This document shows positions 36,485 through 46,342 of a stretch of 64,000 bases of DNA, piece after piece (positions within the stretch are counted from its first letter, which is position 1; the number at the start of each line of letters is the position of its first letter). The notes beneath the pieces were generated by a model, which saw only the letters and a list, made by a program, of their open reading frames with translations, had not been told where the DNA came from and searched no databases. This DNA is from an uncultured Bacteroidales bacterium. GTDB lineage: Bacteria; Bacteroidota; Bacteroidia; Bacteroidales; P3. The stretch is from contig CASEWE010000009.1 in the NCBI GenBank assembly GCA_949291555.1, forward strand, positions 111,349-175,348. The letters are read 5' to 3'. The position numbers were made by a program, and so were the translations under genes.

Positions 36485-36499
36485 GGCAAAACGCCGGAC

Positions 36500-37186
36500 T
36501 TAGGCGGTTTTCTTTTCCCGCAGTTTGTTCTTCATGGCTTTCACGGCCTTTTCCGTGTAGTCGTTTTGTTCCATGGCGCAGTAGAAGGAGTCGCCCGGAA
36601 CGATGAGCTTGAAGCGGGTCGTGTTCACGTTCTCGAGGTTGTATTTGCCCGTCTTGGCGTTGAAAGTGGTGGGCACTTCAACCAAATCGCTCGAAGTGGA
36701 GAAGTTGGTGATATCCTTGTAGAAGTATTCTTCGGTGGATTCCTTCTTCCCGTCTTCGTCGGTGTGGAAGGTGTACTGGTAAACGTGGACTTGGGTTTCG
36801 GAGAAGAACAGCCAGGTGATCTGGTACATGGACGACCTCCAGATCCCGTCCCGTTTGCCTTTGCGGGCAAAGTACTGGCCTTTTTCAGGGAAGAGGTAGT
36901 TTTCCAGGTGGATGGGTTCGATTTCCTGGGTTTCGGATTCGTCCAGGCCTACCTTCTCCAAGGCTTTTTCACGGGAAGTGATGTTCGCGGCGATTTCCTG
37001 GACCATCTTGTCATAGGCGTCGTCCGACATGCGTTTTTTCAAGCAGCCGTCGTTGAGGAAATAACGCAAGGCGTCTTTCTGGGCCTTGGTCCTGCCGGCT
37101 CCGCGTTCGCGGACTTCCTTGGCATCGCGGGACATGACGAAATAGGCAATCGCGGCGATGACTACGATAATAATAACAAAAGCCAT
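36500..37186 (-). CDS. N-terminally anchored hypothetical protein
   Basis: 228 aa. TM helix MAFVIIIVVIAAIAYFV followed by a soluble domain (YQITWLFFSETQVHVYQYTFHTDEDGKKESTEEYFYKDITNF). First gene of the operon. Confidence 0.65.
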   Translation of the reverse strand: MAFVIIIVVIAAIAYFVMSRDAKEVRERGAGRTKAQKDALRYFLNDGCLKKRMSDDAYDKMVQEIAANITSREKALEKVGLDESETQEIEPIHLENYLFPEKGQYFARKGKRDGIWRSSMYQITWLFFSETQVHVYQYTFHTDEDGKKESTEEYFYKDITNFSTSSDLVEVPTTFNAKTGKYNLENVNTTRFKLIVPGDSFYCAMEQNDYTEKAVKAMKNKLREKKTA

Positions 37187-37428
37187 GATATTAGTTTTTT
37201 ATGTTTTGCCTACTTCGGTTTTGAGTCTCGTTCGGCTTATTCCGACTTCTTTTTTTGCTGGTCGTTATCAAACCGGTTTTCCCGCCTTGGCAAGGCAAGC
37301 AGGCTTTCCCTGCAAGGGAAAGAACGGCAATACCGGAATGGCTATTGGCAATGAGGCGGGAGCAAAGTATTCACGAAGAGGGATTTGTCGCGCAACCGCG
37401 CTCTTCAGCGCTTGCTCCACTGCACCAG

Positions 37429-37436
37429 CAAATATA
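37429..37436 (-). promoter_or_regulatory. possible -7 promoter box (TATATTTG on the - strand)
   Basis: + strand caaatata. It lies ~245 nt upstream of ATG 37186, implying a long leader, hence the low confidence. Confidence 0.25.
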
Positions 37437-37735
37437 GGCAAATGGAATGTATTTGCGCGATTAATTCGCATAAAAATTCATTCGCTTTGCTGGAGTACTT
37501 TCCCGTCGGATAAAGGAAATAAGCGTTTTTTTGCGGGTTTCAGCGTGTTTCTTGCCGGTTTGAACTTGATTGTTTAACCGGGAATGGGTAATTTTGAAAG
37601 CCGTTCCTCGAGGAAAGGGAAAGCGGGCTTCCCCCTTGCCGGGAAATTTTCCCGTCCGCGGGGCGAAGGGCATTCCCGCTGCCGCACGGGCAGCGGGGGA
37701 AGGAAAGATGGTATGACAAATTAAAATCCAGCACG

Positions 37736-38032
37736 ATGAAAGATTATGCACCTTACGCAGTAGCTTCTTTGGTATTAGGTATCTGTTCTTTGGTATTCGC
37801 CTGTTTGTTCGTGGGATTCGTTTGCGGGATCATAGGCTTGGTACTGGCCGTGAAAGGAACCCGGATTTATCGGATGAACCCTTCGGCTTATAGCGGTTAC
37901 GGCATGCTCAATGCGGGCAAGATCCTGTCGATTATCGGGATTGCGCTCGGCTTCATTTACGTGATATACGCCCTTGTGGTGGTTTTTATTTTGGGGGCCG
38001 GGCTTTTTTGCCTTCCTTTCATGACCATGTAG
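37736..38032 (+). CDS. small DUF4190-like membrane protein
   Basis: 98 aa with hydrophobic helices (VASLVLGICSLVFACLFVGFVCGIIGLVLAV; ILSIIGIALGFIYVIYALVVVFILG). Confidence 0.6.
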   Translation: MKDYAPYAVASLVLGICSLVFACLFVGFVCGIIGLVLAVKGTRIYRMNPSAYSGYGMLNAGKILSIIGIALGFIYVIYALVVVFILGAGLFCLPFMTM

Positions 38033-38379
38033 GAAACCTTCTGCCGGGCTTTTTCCCCCGGCAGGTAACGGTTTTCAACCCCGGAAGCGGGTTGCTGGAT
38101 TGCACCTTCAAGCAATTGACGGGTTTTTCTTGCCCCGGATGCGGCTTGCAGCGTTCGGCAAAGGCTCTTTTGCAAGCCGATTTCTTGGAATCGTTGCGGC
38201 TTTACCCCGCCTTGCTGCCTTTCCTGGCATCGGCGGGCTTGCTGCTTGCCTCGGTTGTCCGCCCTTGGCCTCCATTGCGCAAATGGGGGTTCAGGGGCGC
38301 GATCTTTTCGGCCGTGCTGGTCATCGGGCACTGGCTTTTCCTGTTGTTTTCTGAAATTTTCGGGGCGTTTCCCGGATAG
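38008..38379 (+). CDS. DUF2752-like membrane protein
   Basis: CTFKQLTGFSCPGCGLQRS motif followed by TM helices. The frame contains no ATG; TTG 38008 (overlapping the upstream gene by 25 nt) or a downstream TTG must be the start. Confidence 0.55.
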   Translation: MPSFHDHVGNLLPGFFPRQVTVFNPGSGLLDCTFKQLTGFSCPGCGLQRSAKALLQADFLESLRLYPALLPFLASAGLLLASVVRPWPPLRKWGFRGAIFSAVLVIGHWLFLLFSEIFGAFPG

Positions 38380-38425
38380 ATGGCGAAAGCCCGCCGCACG
38401 GTCGTTTCCCCGGCATCGCCTTGGT

Positions 38426-39826
38426 CTATTTCCCGGATGTATTCTTTCCGGGCAGGATTCCCGATCGGAAAGCCCAGCCGGTCATCAGCCCGCCTCGGAG
38501 CAGGAGGAAGAGGGTCATGGCGGTCCACATGGCATGGTTGTGGAGCGAGGGTACAAGCAGGCAATAGGCGGCCAGGAAACCCGAGGCTGCCAAGGCCATG
38601 GTGACCAGCATGCTCCGGGTGGCAAGGCTTCCGGCGTAAACCCCGTCCCAGAGGAAGGCCGGGAAACCGGTCAGGGCGATGGCCAGGATCCAGAAATGAT
38701 ATTCCCGGCTCATTTCCAGCAGCGCGGAGTCTTGGGTGAAAATTCGCAAGATGGGCGTATAGAAGGCAGCGTAGCATGCGCAGAAAACGGCTGCCGTGCC
38801 CGCGCCCCAGCGGAAGACCTGTTTCACCACGGCTCTTTTTTCATTCCAGCGGCTTCCTCCGGTGTATTTCCCGCTCAAGGCTTCGGCTGCATGGGAAAAG
38901 CCATCCATGGCGTACGAGTAGAAGATGAAGAATTGATAGAGCAGGGTGTTGAGGACTAAGTACTGGTTCCCCAGACGGGTGGATTGCGCGGTGAAGAAGC
39001 TGAACACGAAAATGGTGAGCAGGGTCCGGAGGAAGATGTCGGTATTGACATTCAGGAATTTTTTCAATGGCCGGGATTGGAAGATGTCGCTTGCCCGCAC
39101 GCTTTCCAAGCCTTGCCGCAAAGCCGTACAGGAAAAGCGCTTTGGTTGCAAAGCCTTATCCCCGGCATTGCGGAATTGCCGGTTCAGAGACCTTGCCGCG
39201 AATCCCATGTTGAGCAGCAAGCCGGTGTATTGGGCGCAGACCGTTCCCCACGCCACGCCCTCGGCGCCCATTCCTTTCACGAAGACGAATCCGTAGTTGA
39301 ACGCTATGTTGGCGAGGTTGATGCCGATGGAAACCCACATGGGCGATTTGGCATCCTGCCGGCCGATGAACCATCCGGCAAAAGCGAAGGCCGACAAGGC
39401 GGCCGGGGCCGCCCAGATGCGGATCTGGAAATAGCTTGCCGTGGCTCGGGCCAAGTCGGCTTCAGGCTTGGCCCAGAGCAGGGCCGCATGCAGGATGGGG
39501 GTTTGGAAAACGAGCAAGAGCAACGAGCCGCAAAAGGCGATAAACAAGGCACGGAAGAGGATGCAGAGGGTTTCTTTCTCGTTCTTCAAGCCTACGGCCT
39601 GGGCCGTGAAGCCGCAGGTTCCCATCCGCAAGAAGCCTAAGGCCCAGTAAATGAAATTGAAGATCATGGAGCCTAAGGAAATGGCGCCCATGGCGGCCAG
39701 ATCATCGGCATGGCCGATCATGGCCAAATCGATGGCCCCCAGCAGCGGGACGGTCAGGTTGCTGACCAAGTTGGGAATGGCCAGCCGGAGAATTTCCTTG
39801 TTGGCTTGCAAGGCTTCGGCTTTCAT
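38426..39826 (-). CDS. MATE family efflux transporter
   Basis: 466 aa, ~12 TM helices. N-terminus ILRLAIPNLVSNLTVPLLGAIDLAMIGH. Confidence 0.9.
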   Translation of the reverse strand: MKAEALQANKEILRLAIPNLVSNLTVPLLGAIDLAMIGHADDLAAMGAISLGSMIFNFIYWALGFLRMGTCGFTAQAVGLKNEKETLCILFRALFIAFCGSLLLLVFQTPILHAALLWAKPEADLARATASYFQIRIWAAPAALSAFAFAGWFIGRQDAKSPMWVSIGINLANIAFNYGFVFVKGMGAEGVAWGTVCAQYTGLLLNMGFAARSLNRQFRNAGDKALQPKRFSCTALRQGLESVRASDIFQSRPLKKFLNVNTDIFLRTLLTIFVFSFFTAQSTRLGNQYLVLNTLLYQFFIFYSYAMDGFSHAAEALSGKYTGGSRWNEKRAVVKQVFRWGAGTAAVFCACYAAFYTPILRIFTQDSALLEMSREYHFWILAIALTGFPAFLWDGVYAGSLATRSMLVTMALAASGFLAAYCLLVPSLHNHAMWTAMTLFLLLRGGLMTGWAFRSGILPGKNTSGK

Positions 39827-39993
39827 GTTCTTTCAGCGGGCGGATTGGAGAAGGGCTCCCGATCCCGGCCGGCTTCCGCAGAGCCGTGGAACGCGGAAGA
39901 AGCGGCGTTCGGAGGCGCGGCGCATCGAGGAAGGTCGGGAAAGCAGGCGGGGGCTTTGCAACAGCCGGGGACTTTGCTCCCCGGCCGGGCGGT

Positions 39994-40941
39994 TTAGCGG
40001 CTTTCGAGGAAAGCGAGCACATTCTTTTCGATACGCTCCTGCAAGCGCGAAGTATCGGTCTTGACGAATTTCAAGCCGGTAATGTGTTCGTAGAGTTCGA
40101 TGTACCGGTCGGATACCTGTTGCACGAAATCGGCGGTCATTTCCGGGACTTTCTGTCCTTGGAGGCCTTGGAATCCGTTGGCAATCAACCATTCGCGAAC
40201 AAATTCCTTGGAGAGCTGCCGTTGCGGCTCGCCTTTTTCCTGCCTTTGCTCGTAACCTTCGGAATAGAAATAGCGGGAAGAATCGGGCGTATGGATTTCA
40301 TCGATGAGCGTGATTTCCCCTTGGCATTTTCCGAATTCGTATTTGGTATCGACCAGGATGAGCCCTTTTTCCTTTGCCATTTCCTGGCCGCGGGCGAAAA
40401 GGGCCAAGGCGTACTTTTCCAATTGCGCGTAATCATCCTCTCCGACCAAGCCCGAAGCGAGGATTTGTTCTTTGGAAATGTCTTCGTCATGCCCTTCGAC
40501 GGCTTTGGTGGTCGGGGTGATGATGGGACGGGGCAGCGGGTCGTTTTCGCGCAGGCCTTCCGGCAGGCTTTCGCCGCAGAGTTCGCGCTTCCCTGCTTTG
40601 TATTCGCGCCAAGCATGCCCGGCAAGGTAGCCTCTGACGACCATTTCCACCTTGAAAGGTTCGCAAAGCTTTCCCAAGGTGACCATGGGGTCGGGAGAAG
40701 CGATTTTCCAATTAGGAAGGATGTCGGTGGTGGCATCGAGGAAGTAGGAGGCAATCTGGTTCAATACCTGCCCTTTGTAAGGAATCCCTTTGGGAAGGAC
40801 TACATCGAAGGCCGAGATGCGGTCGGAAACCACCATGACGAAGAACCGGTCGTCGATATTGTACACATCGCGGACTTTGCCGGTGTAAAGGCTTTTTTGT
40901 CCGGGAAACTGGAAGTTGGTTTTGACTAAGGCTTGATCCAT
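39994..40941 (-). CDS. purC: phosphoribosylaminoimidazole-succinocarboxamide (SAICAR) synthase
   Basis: 315 aa. Motifs [19 protein letters not shown] and [11 protein letters not shown]. Confidence 0.95.
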   Translation of the reverse strand: MDQALVKTNFQFPGQKSLYTGKVRDVYNIDDRFFVMVVSDRISAFDVVLPKGIPYKGQVLNQIASYFLDATTDILPNWKIASPDPMVTLGKLCEPFKVEMVVRGYLAGHAWREYKAGKRELCGESLPEGLRENDPLPRPIITPTTKAVEGHDEDISKEQILASGLVGEDDYAQLEKYALALFARGQEMAKEKGLILVDTKYEFGKCQGEITLIDEIHTPDSSRYFYSEGYEQRQEKGEPQRQLSKEFVREWLIANGFQGLQGQKVPEMTADFVQQVSDRYIELYEHITGLKFVKTDTSRLQERIEKNVLAFLESR

Positions 40942-41044
40942 GATATGGAGGTTTTATAAGTTGTCATTTCCGCTTGATCGCGAGGCCGGCGCACGGATGC
41001 CGGCTTTTCCCTGCAATGGACCGGGGAAAGTCGCATGTGCCGGC

Positions 41045-41809
41045 TCAGCCTTTTTGGAGGAAACCGTTTTTTTCCAAGAAGGCATGCAATTTGGAGGAGA
41101 TGGCCAGGTTGTCCTTCAGGGTGTACCGCTTCCGGGTGAACACTTGGGCCAAGTTCGGCAGTTGGTTTTCTTCCAGGAGCTTTTTGGTCAATTCGCTATG
41201 GTCTTTTTCGTGGAAGAGTTCCCGGATGTCTTCATCGCTTTCTTTCCGGTAGGTTTCGTAATGTACCACGGCTTTGAGCGGCAAGCGGTCGGTGAGCGGA
41301 GGCGTTTCGGCCGGGAATCCCAAGGTGATGGTCGTTATGGGGATCACGCCTTGGGGCATTTCGAGCACTTGGGCGATTTCTTCGGCCATGTAGAGCGTGG
41401 TGCCGAGGAAGCATAAGCCCAAGCCTTCGGCTTCCGCGGCCACGGCGATATTCTGGGCGAAGAGCATGGAATCGATGCATCCGCATACGAACCAAAGAAA
41501 GTTGTCGTACGATTTTTCAGCCTGGTTCAGGGCGCACCAGCGGTGGAACCGTTGCACATCGGCCGCGATGGTCAGCACCACGGGGGCTTCTTTTACCATG
41601 GGCTGGTTGAAGTGAAGCGGGGAAAGTTTTTCCTTCATGGCCGGATCCCGGGTTACAACCACGCTGTAAACCTGCATGTTCCCCGTGTTCGAAGCCCGTG
41701 TTCCGGCTTGCAGTATGCGTTCGAGCAAGGTATCCGGGACAGGTTTGTCTTGGTATTTCCGGATGCTCCGGTGGTTGAGCAGGGTTTCCAAGGTGTTTTC
41801 GGCGGTCAT
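41045..41809 (-). CDS. nitroreductase-family NAD(P)H oxidoreductase (NfsA-like)
   Basis: 254 aa from ATG 41809. LLNHRSIRKYQDKPVP...AGTRASNTGNMQ. The upstream 94 aa of the track ORF is an extension. Confidence 0.85.
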   Translation of the reverse strand: MTAENTLETLLNHRSIRKYQDKPVPDTLLERILQAGTRASNTGNMQVYSVVVTRDPAMKEKLSPLHFNQPMVKEAPVVLTIAADVQRFHRWCALNQAEKSYDNFLWFVCGCIDSMLFAQNIAVAAEAEGLGLCFLGTTLYMAEEIAQVLEMPQGVIPITTITLGFPAETPPLTDRLPLKAVVHYETYRKESDEDIRELFHEKDHSELTKKLLEENQLPNLAQVFTRKRYTLKDNLAISSKLHAFLEKNGFLQKG

Positions 41810-42065
41810 GGCGTTTTTTTTTCTAAGTGTTTTTGATTCTGGGTTTTCCCGGAGGAGAAGAAAATCCTTGCGGGCGGGAATCTTTCCGGCGAAGGCGCTT
41901 GCAGGCGGGAAGTTCTCCGGCAAGCAGCAAAGGTATGAATTTTTCCGTAGCGCGGAATGAGCGGCTGCCGCTGTCCCTTTTCCCGGAGGAAAGCCTGCTC
42001 GGGACGGCCGCGTAAGGCCGTTGGGAGGGGGAACGGGGAAGCCGTGCAAAAGAAGTGCCGCCATG

Positions 42066-42100
42066 AAAAAAGGGGATGCTTGAAAAAGCATCCCCTTTTT
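42066..42100 (-). terminator. rho-independent terminator after the T9SS cargo gene
   Basis: aaaaaaGGGGATGCTT-gaaa-AAGCATCCCCttttt. 10-bp stem with a U-tract available on both strands. Confidence 0.8.
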
Positions 42101-42136
42101 CTCTAAGGACTCTCCTTAGAAGGTCAGACCGTTTGG

Positions 42137-45100
42137 TTATTCAACCACGAACTTCATGACGGTGGTTCCTTGGTCGGTCTTCACGCGGGCAAAGTACATG
42201 CCGGCCGAAAGGGCGGACACGTTGAACCGGAAGTTGTCGGTGTTGAGGTTGGCCGAGGAGTAAACCATGCGGCCGCTGAGGTTGAAGATACCCACTTGGT
42301 TGATCCGGGCATCGGTCGAGTTGATCATGATCATTTCCTTGGCCGGGTTCGGGTAGAGGCTCAACTGGGCATCGAGCTTGTCGAAGCGGCCATTGGCAGC
42401 CGGCTTGCTCACGCGGATGTTGTCTACCATGAAGATGAACTGGTCGTTGGAAACGCATTGGATGGCGAGGTAAACGCTCTTGCCGGCAAATTCATCGAGC
42501 GGGATGATTACTTCCTCCCAAGAGCCAGGAGCTTCGCCCGAATGCAGTTCGGTGAAGTCGTCCAGTTCGCCGGTGGCGGAAACCAGAACCTTGTATTTTT
42601 CCACGTAGCCGTCGGCAGCCGAGAACGTCTGCACGTAGAGGCTGATGCTGGCATCGGTTGCTGGCAAGGTGAGGGCCGGGGAAATCAGCCAGTCATCGTT
42701 CGCGCCGTCGGGCGAAGCAAAAGCGGCACCGAAGCGGGTTCCGTTCTGCGGTTGCAGGTCGGGAATTTCCTCAGGCGTGCAAGCCGGTTCGGTCATGGCC
42801 GGGTTGAAGGCGATGAAGCCGAAAGGCTCGCCGGAATGCGGGAAGCTGATGCCAGAGAACCCATACGTGCTGCCCATGTCGTTGTCGACCGAACGCCAGT
42901 TGGGGTTGAAGCCGGAGATGGCGAAATCGGCGCAGTATTCGAAGTCCATGATGTAGGGATCGGCCGGTGCGAGGCTGCGGACAACCCGCTCAACCGTGTC
43001 GTTGAGGGGATCTTCATCGCCTTCCAGCGCCGTGTAGGCTCTGATTTTGAATTCCGTAGAGGAAGCGGAAAGGTCGGCGGTGAAGGTTACTTCAACCTTG
43101 CCGTAGGCAGGAACATTCACGGTCTGGCTTTCCAATGCCGTGCCGTTCACGGTTACGTGTACCGGAACTTGGGCGTCTTCGCTTCCGTTGCTGCCGATTT
43201 CCACTACGATAGGTTCGTTGGTGGCAAAGAGGCCTTCATCGGCCGGTTGCAGGATCTGGGCAACGTAAGCGTCTTTGGTCATCGGCTTGCCGTCATGGCC
43301 GAAGATGGCGCGGATAGCCGGGGAACCCAAGTTGGTCTGCGCGTTGGCAGCGCCGCCGCTGATCACGTAGAGGATGCCGTTCGGATCCTTGTCGCAAGGA
43401 AGCGCATAGCCTTGAACGCCCACGGCGATCATGTAGTAACCCGGTTCCAGGATCAGAGCCGGGACTTCGTAGCGTTTTTCGCCGCCTTCGATGCCCCTGC
43501 GGTAGGTGTTGGCGTAGATTTGTTCGCCGAGCGCGCCGGCTTCATTGTCGAAAGCGTAGATGGCGATATCGGTTTCATAATCGGCTTCGATGGCGCCCCA
43601 TTGCACGGAAATGTGGGTCAGGGTGTCTTTCACGGCGAAGTACATCGGAACGCCGCAAACCAGGTAACCACTGGAGCCGACCAGATTGTTTTCATCCATG
43701 TAGGCGTCATCGGCGTTCTTGTCGTAAGCAAGCACCACATCGGAGATGGCGCTGTTCAGGCTCAGTTCGTTGTCGGCGTTTCCATCGGTCTGGCCCACGA
43801 TTTCGGCTTTGGCGACGAGCGTGGCCTGCGTGCCGGCGGCAAGGCCGCTAAGGGTGATGTCGATCGGAGTGGCGACCACCGTATCGGGCTCACCGACGGC
43901 GAATTCCTTCGAGCCGACTTCGGCCGCATCCTTGCTCACGGTCACCTTGGCCTGGTCAACGGCGTTGCGTCCCATGTTCTTCACTTCCACGTTCACAGGG
44001 AAAGTGGTATTGACGTGTTCGGCCGGGATCTGGTACGGCATGCCGGTGAACTTGGTCATCTTGATGTCGTAGTCGAGGACTTCGGATATGGAAATGCTCT
44101 GGAAGCCCAAGGTGCCGCCGTTGTTCGTGACGGGCACGATGGCAAACGAGTATTCGCCGGCTGTTTCGGGAGTGAACTTGAAGTCTGCTTCCGTTACGGT
44201 TTCAACGTACTGGTCAACCAAGTGGGCAATGGTGTCCCACGTGGAGATATCGGTACCCGATTCGCCGTACATTACCATGAATTCGTCGTAGATCACCCAG
44301 ATGAGCACGATGCCGCCGGCCATGTAGTTCATGGTGAAGCGGTATTCCGTGTTGGCTTCCAGGTTCAAGCAACGGGAGTAGAGAGGCGTGCCGCCGACGC
44401 TCCAGTAGAGGCCGGAATTCATCATCCAGTCATTCTGGTTTTCCATGGCCCAGTCGTAGATATCCCAGTTGTCCTCATCCCCGAAGTTGGAGGTGAAAGG
44501 CATGGAGCCGGCGGTGAAATTGGTCACCGAGGCCTGGCCGGAATTGTTGCCGATCGAATCTTCCGGCTTCTGTTCCCCTACGGCGTTGACCGTAGCATTC
44601 ACTTTGACCGTATAGGTCTTTTCGGGCAAGGAGAAGTCGGCGGTTTGCGTGAAGTAGACGGTCTTGGTGGCGCCGATGCCGATCGTGTCGGTGAAATCCT
44701 GCTCTACGGGCGAACCGTTGTCTACGGTGTAGGCGAGATTGAAGGAAGTGATGTCGCCCATGCCGAGGTTGGTCAGCTGGACGCCGATGGTTTCATCGCT
44801 CAGGCCGCAGCTGGAAATCGGCAGGATGACTTTGTCGACCCGCAGGTCGGGAACACCGTAGTAGGTGCCGGTCTGGATGCTGATGTTGTCGAGATTCAAG
44901 TCCCAGCAGGTGCTCAAGAAGCCGGCAGCGAACGAGAAGTAGTAGTTGCCTTCTTCGGCAATGTTGAAGTTGGAAACCCCCATTTGCCAAGAGCTGCTAC
45001 CCGGCAAGGTCTGGTGCGTAAGAACCTGCATGTCTTCCACTTTGTCGGTTTTGCCGTAGAGGATGAGGAAGTCTTCGGATTCGGAACCTTCGGACAAGAA

Positions 45101-46342
45101 GTCGAACGTGATGTTATGGGCGCCGGCTTCCATGTGGACGGGGTTCAGCATGGTCATGTAGGAGTATTCCCCTTCGTACATCATGTAGGAGAAGACATAG
45201 GCGCTACCTCCGGCTTGTTCGGGGTCGGCGTTGGTCTCGTTCCATTCCCATACCACTTCGCTCGGGGAAGGAGTGAGGGTGTAGTTCTCGAAGCTGGTCG
45301 CGTCATCGAAAGTTTCCTTGAAAGGCAGTTCGACCGGGGCCGTGTGCCAGAACACCTTGCGCATGGTATCGTTCGCGCGGAGTTCCTCATTGTCAGAGGC
45401 CTGGGCCACGGCTACGATTTCATGACGGCCTTCGGCCGAAAGGTCGGCTTTCGCGCTGAACGTGTAGGTCTTCTCGGCATCCGGTTCGAGGCCTTCGTGG
45501 ATGGCTTCCTGAATCCAATTGCCGCCATCGATGGAGTAGGCCACTTCGATCATCTCAACGGCTTGCGCGCCATTGTTGGTAAAGCGGATGGTAACATCCT
45601 CGGAAGCAGTCAGGTCGGCGCTGTTGGAAGGAGCGATGATTTCGGCCATGGCGATGTCGTAATCGGCAACCACCGACAAGACGCAGTTATCGTAATTGCC
45701 GTTCTTGCTGATGGTGAAGACATATTCCACGCCGGCTTCGAAAGCGTAGTCATCGGCGCGGCCTTCGCCCGAGGCGATCCAGAACGCATCGCCCGGGGTG
45801 GGGTTGACCACGCACCAGTCGTAAACGCCCGGTTCGATCTCGATGGTGCCGGAATTGCCGGCCAGGATCACCGGGCTGGTGGTTTCGCCGACAGCGTCTT
45901 CGGGAATCTTGTATTCGAATTCGGAGAAGTCGGCCGTGGTTTCGGTAGAGAACGGGCCGCTTGCGGGAATCACCGTGCCGTAGGTATTGGCATCGGCATC
46001 CAGCAGAAGGAGGTAGCCGGAGCCGTCACCCCAGTCCATGAATACTTCCAAGGTGATGGTGGCTTTGTCTTCGGCCTTGCCGGCTTTGGTTTCCGTCAGG
46101 CGGAGCGAGGGGGCGGCCACGCTGGTAGCGGATTGGGAATAGCGAACAAGCCGCTGCACGTCGGCCCGGTTTTGTTGCGTCTTCTGGGCTTCGGTTTTCT
46201 TTACTTGTTGCACGGATTGCAAGGAAGTCGGGCTGACCGGCTTCTTTGAGAACTGGGTTTGGGCATAAGCGCTTCCTCCTGCTAAGAAAAGGAAAGCCGA
46301 CAAAATGCCCAAAACTGATTTCATGCTTTTCATGTTCTTCAT
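42137..46342 (-). CDS. large secreted T9SS cargo protein (adhesin-like, cleaved-adhesin/choice-of-anchor-J-like domain, Por C-terminal sorting domain)
   Basis: ~1401 aa from ATG 46342 (46333 and 46324 also possible). Signal peptide SVLGILSAFLFLAGGSAYAQ. DDWLISPALTLP...YKVLVSATG motif near the C-terminus. Terminal LSLYPNPAKEMIMI...GIFNLSGRMVY...LSAGMYFARV...MKFVVE matches the T9SS type A sorting domain. Confidence 0.85.
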   Translation of the reverse strand: MKNMKSMKSVLGILSAFLFLAGGSAYAQTQFSKKPVSPTSLQSVQQVKKTEAQKTQQNRADVQRLVRYSQSATSVAAPSLRLTETKAGKAEDKATITLEVFMDWGDGSGYLLLLDADANTYGTVIPASGPFSTETTADFSEFEYKIPEDAVGETTSPVILAGNSGTIEIEPGVYDWCVVNPTPGDAFWIASGEGRADDYAFEAGVEYVFTISKNGNYDNCVLSVVADYDIAMAEIIAPSNSADLTASEDVTIRFTNNGAQAVEMIEVAYSIDGGNWIQEAIHEGLEPDAEKTYTFSAKADLSAEGRHEIVAVAQASDNEELRANDTMRKVFWHTAPVELPFKETFDDATSFENYTLTPSPSEVVWEWNETNADPEQAGGSAYVFSYMMYEGEYSYMTMLNPVHMEAGAHNITFDFLSEGSESEDFLILYGKTDKVEDMQVLTHQTLPGSSSWQMGVSNFNIAEEGNYYFSFAAGFLSTCWDLNLDNISIQTGTYYGVPDLRVDKVILPISSCGLSDETIGVQLTNLGMGDITSFNLAYTVDNGSPVEQDFTDTIGIGATKTVYFTQTADFSLPEKTYTVKVNATVNAVGEQKPEDSIGNNSGQASVTNFTAGSMPFTSNFGDEDNWDIYDWAMENQNDWMMNSGLYWSVGGTPLYSRCLNLEANTEYRFTMNYMAGGIVLIWVIYDEFMVMYGESGTDISTWDTIAHLVDQYVETVTEADFKFTPETAGEYSFAIVPVTNNGGTLGFQSISISEVLDYDIKMTKFTGMPYQIPAEHVNTTFPVNVEVKNMGRNAVDQAKVTVSKDAAEVGSKEFAVGEPDTVVATPIDITLSGLAAGTQATLVAKAEIVGQTDGNADNELSLNSAISDVVLAYDKNADDAYMDENNLVGSSGYLVCGVPMYFAVKDTLTHISVQWGAIEADYETDIAIYAFDNEAGALGEQIYANTYRRGIEGGEKRYEVPALILEPGYYMIAVGVQGYALPCDKDPNGILYVISGGAANAQTNLGSPAIRAIFGHDGKPMTKDAYVAQILQPADEGLFATNEPIVVEIGSNGSEDAQVPVHVTVNGTALESQTVNVPAYGKVEVTFTADLSASSTEFKIRAYTALEGDEDPLNDTVERVVRSLAPADPYIMDFEYCADFAISGFNPNWRSVDNDMGSTYGFSGISFPHSGEPFGFIAFNPAMTEPACTPEEIPDLQPQNGTRFGAAFASPDGANDDWLISPALTLPATDASISLYVQTFSAADGYVEKYKVLVSATGELDDFTELHSGEAPGSWEEVIIPLDEFAGKSVYLAIQCVSNDQFIFMVDNIRVSKPAANGRFDKLDAQLSLYPNPAKEMIMINSTDARINQVGIFNLSGRMVYSSANLNTDNFRFNVSALSAGMYFARVKTDQGTTVMKFVVE

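Noticed and set aside
34601-37354. 468-aa and 318-aa + strand ORFs
   Set aside because: Antisense to the SPFH operon genes, with no motifs and low complexity.
42170-46249. 1359-aa + strand ORF
   Set aside because: It is exactly antisense to the T9SS cargo gene. The translation is low-complexity (Gly/Val/Ala/Arg/Asp-rich) with no motifs, whereas the - strand product has a signal peptide, domain motifs and a T9SS sorting domain. This is a stop-poor shadow frame of a GC3-rich gene.
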